In this document: positions 61,902 to 64,000 of the stretch, in pieces
Layout: each line of letters opens with the position of its first letter
Numbering within the stretch: the first letter of the stretch is position 1
Assembly: GCA_035285125.1 (NCBI GenBank)
Contig: JAYKHR010000026.1
Coordinates: forward strand, 1-64,000
Reading direction: 5' to 3'
From: Candidatus Sericytochromatia bacterium
Lineage (GTDB): Bacteria > Cyanobacteriota > Sericytochromatia > S15B-MN24 > JAQBPE01
DNA: 64,000 nt
The notes under the pieces: model-generated
Seen by the model: only the letters and a program-made list of their open reading frames with translations
Databases searched by the model: none
Told to the model about the DNA's origin: nothing
Position numbers and translations under genes: made by a program

Positions 61902-63107
61902 TCAGAACCGTTCCGGCATCCACGGCTGGGGGCCGCTGAAGGCCGCCCCGAGCTTGGCGAGGTCCGCGTCCGAGCCTTCGACGAGCCCCAACCCCTTGAG
62001 GGCCTGAGGCGTGACGTGGCCGGTGAAGAGCGCCGCAAGCCCCCGCACGTCCAGCATGATCCGGGCCTCCCCACCGACACGGACGGCAGAGCGACCCGCC
62101 TCGACCGTGAGGACGAACGGGCGCTCATTCTCCTTGATGAGGCCGTCGCGGATGCCCAGGTGGAGTTCGACGCCGACCCCGGCCGCGTAGCCTCGCTGCT
62201 CGAGGGCCGCCTGGACGTCGACGATCCGCAGCATCCAGGGGTGGTTGGCGCACGTCGGGGCCAGGGGGGCGTCTCGTCCGAGCAGCAGCGGGTCCGTGGG
62301 GCCTCCATACAGCTCGGCGGCGTCCGCCATCGAGCGGTGGTCCGCGAGGAAGCATAGGATCCGGCGTCGGGCGGCAGGGGTCGTCGCCACCCAGTCGTGC
62401 AGCTTGAGCCGGTAGCGGCGGGCCCCGACCTCAGGTTGGCTGTAGATAAGGTAGCCCTCCGGGCTCGTCTCTCGCTCCAGCAGGTAGGCATAGACCCGGT
62501 TGCCAGCACCCTGCTCGGGGGCCTCCCGGAAGATGCGGGACCAGTACCAGTCCGAACGCTCCAGCCAGCCGTTGGCGAACTGGGCCTGGGCCTCGTACAG
62601 GTTGCGCATGGCCGCCATGCCAGAGGCGCTGCCAAGATCGAAGGGCTTCAGCGTGAGGGTGCGGTCGGCCTGCACCGGGGCGTCGAGCGGCAGCTGCCAG
62701 AGGTGGCTGTCGCCCGCGACCTCGTAGCCCGACTTCCGGTAGAGGCCGCGCATCTCCGGATAGAGCGTGGAGAGCACCCAGCCGCGCTCGCGATGCTCAC
62801 GCACGCACGCCTCCATCAGGGTGGAGGCCGCCCCTTGCCCGCGCATGTCCGGGGCGATCGCCACGATCCGCACGCCCGCCATGCTGATGGCGCGGCCCCC
62901 GAAGTACTGCCGGCACGGCTGCAGGGAGAGCCCCCCGATCACGCGGGCGGCGCGGCGCAGCAGCCGGAGGTTGGCCATTCCCTCCTCGGCAGCGGGGTTG
63001 AGCAACGGGTCCGTCGGCCAGGCATACGACTGGGACAGGATCCGGTGGAAATCCCCCACCTCGCGTTCGTTGAGAGGCTTGCCGTAGATGAAGGTGGTGC
63101 CGCTCAT
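61902..63107 (-). CDS. Eis-family GNAT acetyltransferase with SCP2-like C-terminal domain
   Basis: VAIAPDMRGQG, STLYP, YRKSGYE, WMLRIVDV. Confidence 0.85.
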   Translation of the reverse strand: MSGTTFIYGKPLNEREVGDFHRILSQSYAWPTDPLLNPAAEEGMANLRLLRRAARVIGGLSLQPCRQYFGGRAISMAGVRIVAIAPDMRGQGAASTLMEACVREHRERGWVLSTLYPEMRGLYRKSGYEVAGDSHLWQLPLDAPVQADRTLTLKPFDLGSASGMAAMRNLYEAQAQFANGWLERSDWYWSRIFREAPEQGAGNRVYAYLLERETSPEGYLIYSQPEVGARRYRLKLHDWVATTPAARRRILCFLADHRSMADAAELYGGPTDPLLLGRDAPLAPTCANHPWMLRIVDVQAALEQRGYAAGVGVELHLGIRDGLIKENERPFVLTVEAGRSAVRVGGEARIMLDVRGLAALFTGHVTPQALKGLGLVEGSDADLAKLGAAFSGPQPWMPERF

Positions 63108-63727
63108 AAGGCCCTCAGAACCGCTCGGGCAGGGGCTCCATCCGGCGCGTCCAGCTTGAGGGGCAGGCAGACGAGCTCGTAGGGCCCGGCCACGATGCCT
63201 GCGAGGTCCAGTCCCTCCAGGATGAGGCAGTCGGCGCCCAGCAGCGCGTGGTGCACCGGGAAGATGCCGCTGTCGTCTCGTTCGATCGAGGCGGCGTCGA
63301 TGCCGACCAGCCGGACCCCGCGCTCCAGCAGCCAGGCTGCCGCCTCGAGGGTCAGGGCGGGGGCCTCGCCAGCCCCCTGCGAGGCTCGCGTCTTGAGCAG
63401 CACCCGGTCGCAGCCCGAGCCCTGCGGCCACTGGCGCGCCAGTGACGCCGGCTCGATGTCGGGGTGGTCGTCCAGCGGGATCACCCATGCGACCCCACTC
63501 CAGCGCCTCAGCGGGATCTCGCCCAGTGTGGCGCCACCGCGCACGAAGTGGGCCGGCGCGTCCACGTGCGTGGCGCTGTGGCTGCCGAGCTCGATCCGGG
63601 TCACATGACACGGCCCCGTGTCGAGCGTCATGTGGGGCGTGACGCGGACGGGGGGATCGCCCGGCCACACGGGGGTGTCCGGCCCGAGCGTCCTGGAGAT
63701 GTCGAGCCAGCCGCCCTCAGCCAACAT
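63104..63727 (-). CDS. Cyclase family metallohydrolase (kynurenine formamidase-like)
   Basis: PVWPGDP, HSATHVDAPAH, VGID, DGAPARAV. Confidence 0.88.
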   Translation of the reverse strand: MLAEGGWLDISRTLGPDTPVWPGDPPVRVTPHMTLDTGPCHVTRIELGSHSATHVDAPAHFVRGGATLGEIPLRRWSGVAWVIPLDDHPDIEPASLARQWPQGSGCDRVLLKTRASQGAGEAPALTLEAAAWLLERGVRLVGIDAASIERDDSGIFPVHHALLGADCLILEGLDLAGIVAGPYELVCLPLKLDAPDGAPARAVLRAL

Positions 63728-64000
63728 GCGCGGTCTCGTCGTCTGGCCCGCCTCCGGTCGGTTCCGGGGGCGCGTCGGCTGCCTCGGGCTCAGGCACAGC
63801 CAGGGCCCCCTCCGGGCCACGGGCTGGGGCCTGCCGCGCCGGCGGCACGTCGAGCGACACGGCGCCCAAGGTGCCACCGCGTAGCTCCTGAAGGAACATC
63901 CTGGCCGCCCTGGCCTCGTCGAGCAGCCCACCGGCCCCCAGGATGCCGCGCGCCCGCGCAAACCCCTCGACGGTAGGGCTCTCCCAGCCGGCCAGGGTGC
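63717..64000 (-). CDS. rbgA: 3' end of ribosome biogenesis GTPase RbgA/YlqF (partial)
   Basis: Manual translation FARARGILGAGGLLDEARAARMFLQELRGGTLGAVSLD matches the YlqF C-terminus. Confidence 0.75.
   Translation of the reverse strand, partial: TLAGWESPTVEGFARARGILGAGGLLDEARAARMFLQELRGGTLGAVSLDVPPARQAPARGPEGALAVPEPEAADAPPEPTGGGPDDETAHVG

Noticed and set aside
63108..63668. N-terminal part of the 588-aa ORF 61902-63668
   Set aside because: It is an alternative frame of the cyclase gene; the Eis-like protein starts at 63107, overlapping the cyclase stop.

Overview
High-GC bacterial chromosomal window, mostly housekeeping genes. It contains a tRNA-Pro/Gly/Arg cluster, a PilZ/GGDEF pair, the pdhABC-lpdA operon, aroA, the rimP-nusA-ylxR-infB-rbfA-DHH-truB operon, hpt, lepB, SpoIID, dnaE with a 187-aa mini-intein, an ABC1 kinase, asnS, a D,D-carboxypeptidase, an Eis-like GNAT, a cyclase/KynB gene and the 3' end of rbgA. 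The gene style tentatively suggests a diderm relative of cyanobacteria; this is untested. The main finding is a minus-strand biosynthetic cluster at 5789-14823: a large GNAT, a PaaK-like ligase, a RimL-like GNAT, LuxE, a LuxC-PaaK reductase/ligase fusion and an MFS exporter, with no luxAB. Its intergenic DNA holds three unannotated 24-nt genes, each with a Shine-Dalgarno site, encoding MFGKTKF (twice) and MFGKTKY. These are candidate ribosomal precursors for an acylated or C-terminally reduced peptide, or alternatively regulatory leader peptides. A ~200-nt structured RNA with a clear sigma70 promoter lies upstream of rimP. All assignments come from reading motifs by eye; no database searches were run.
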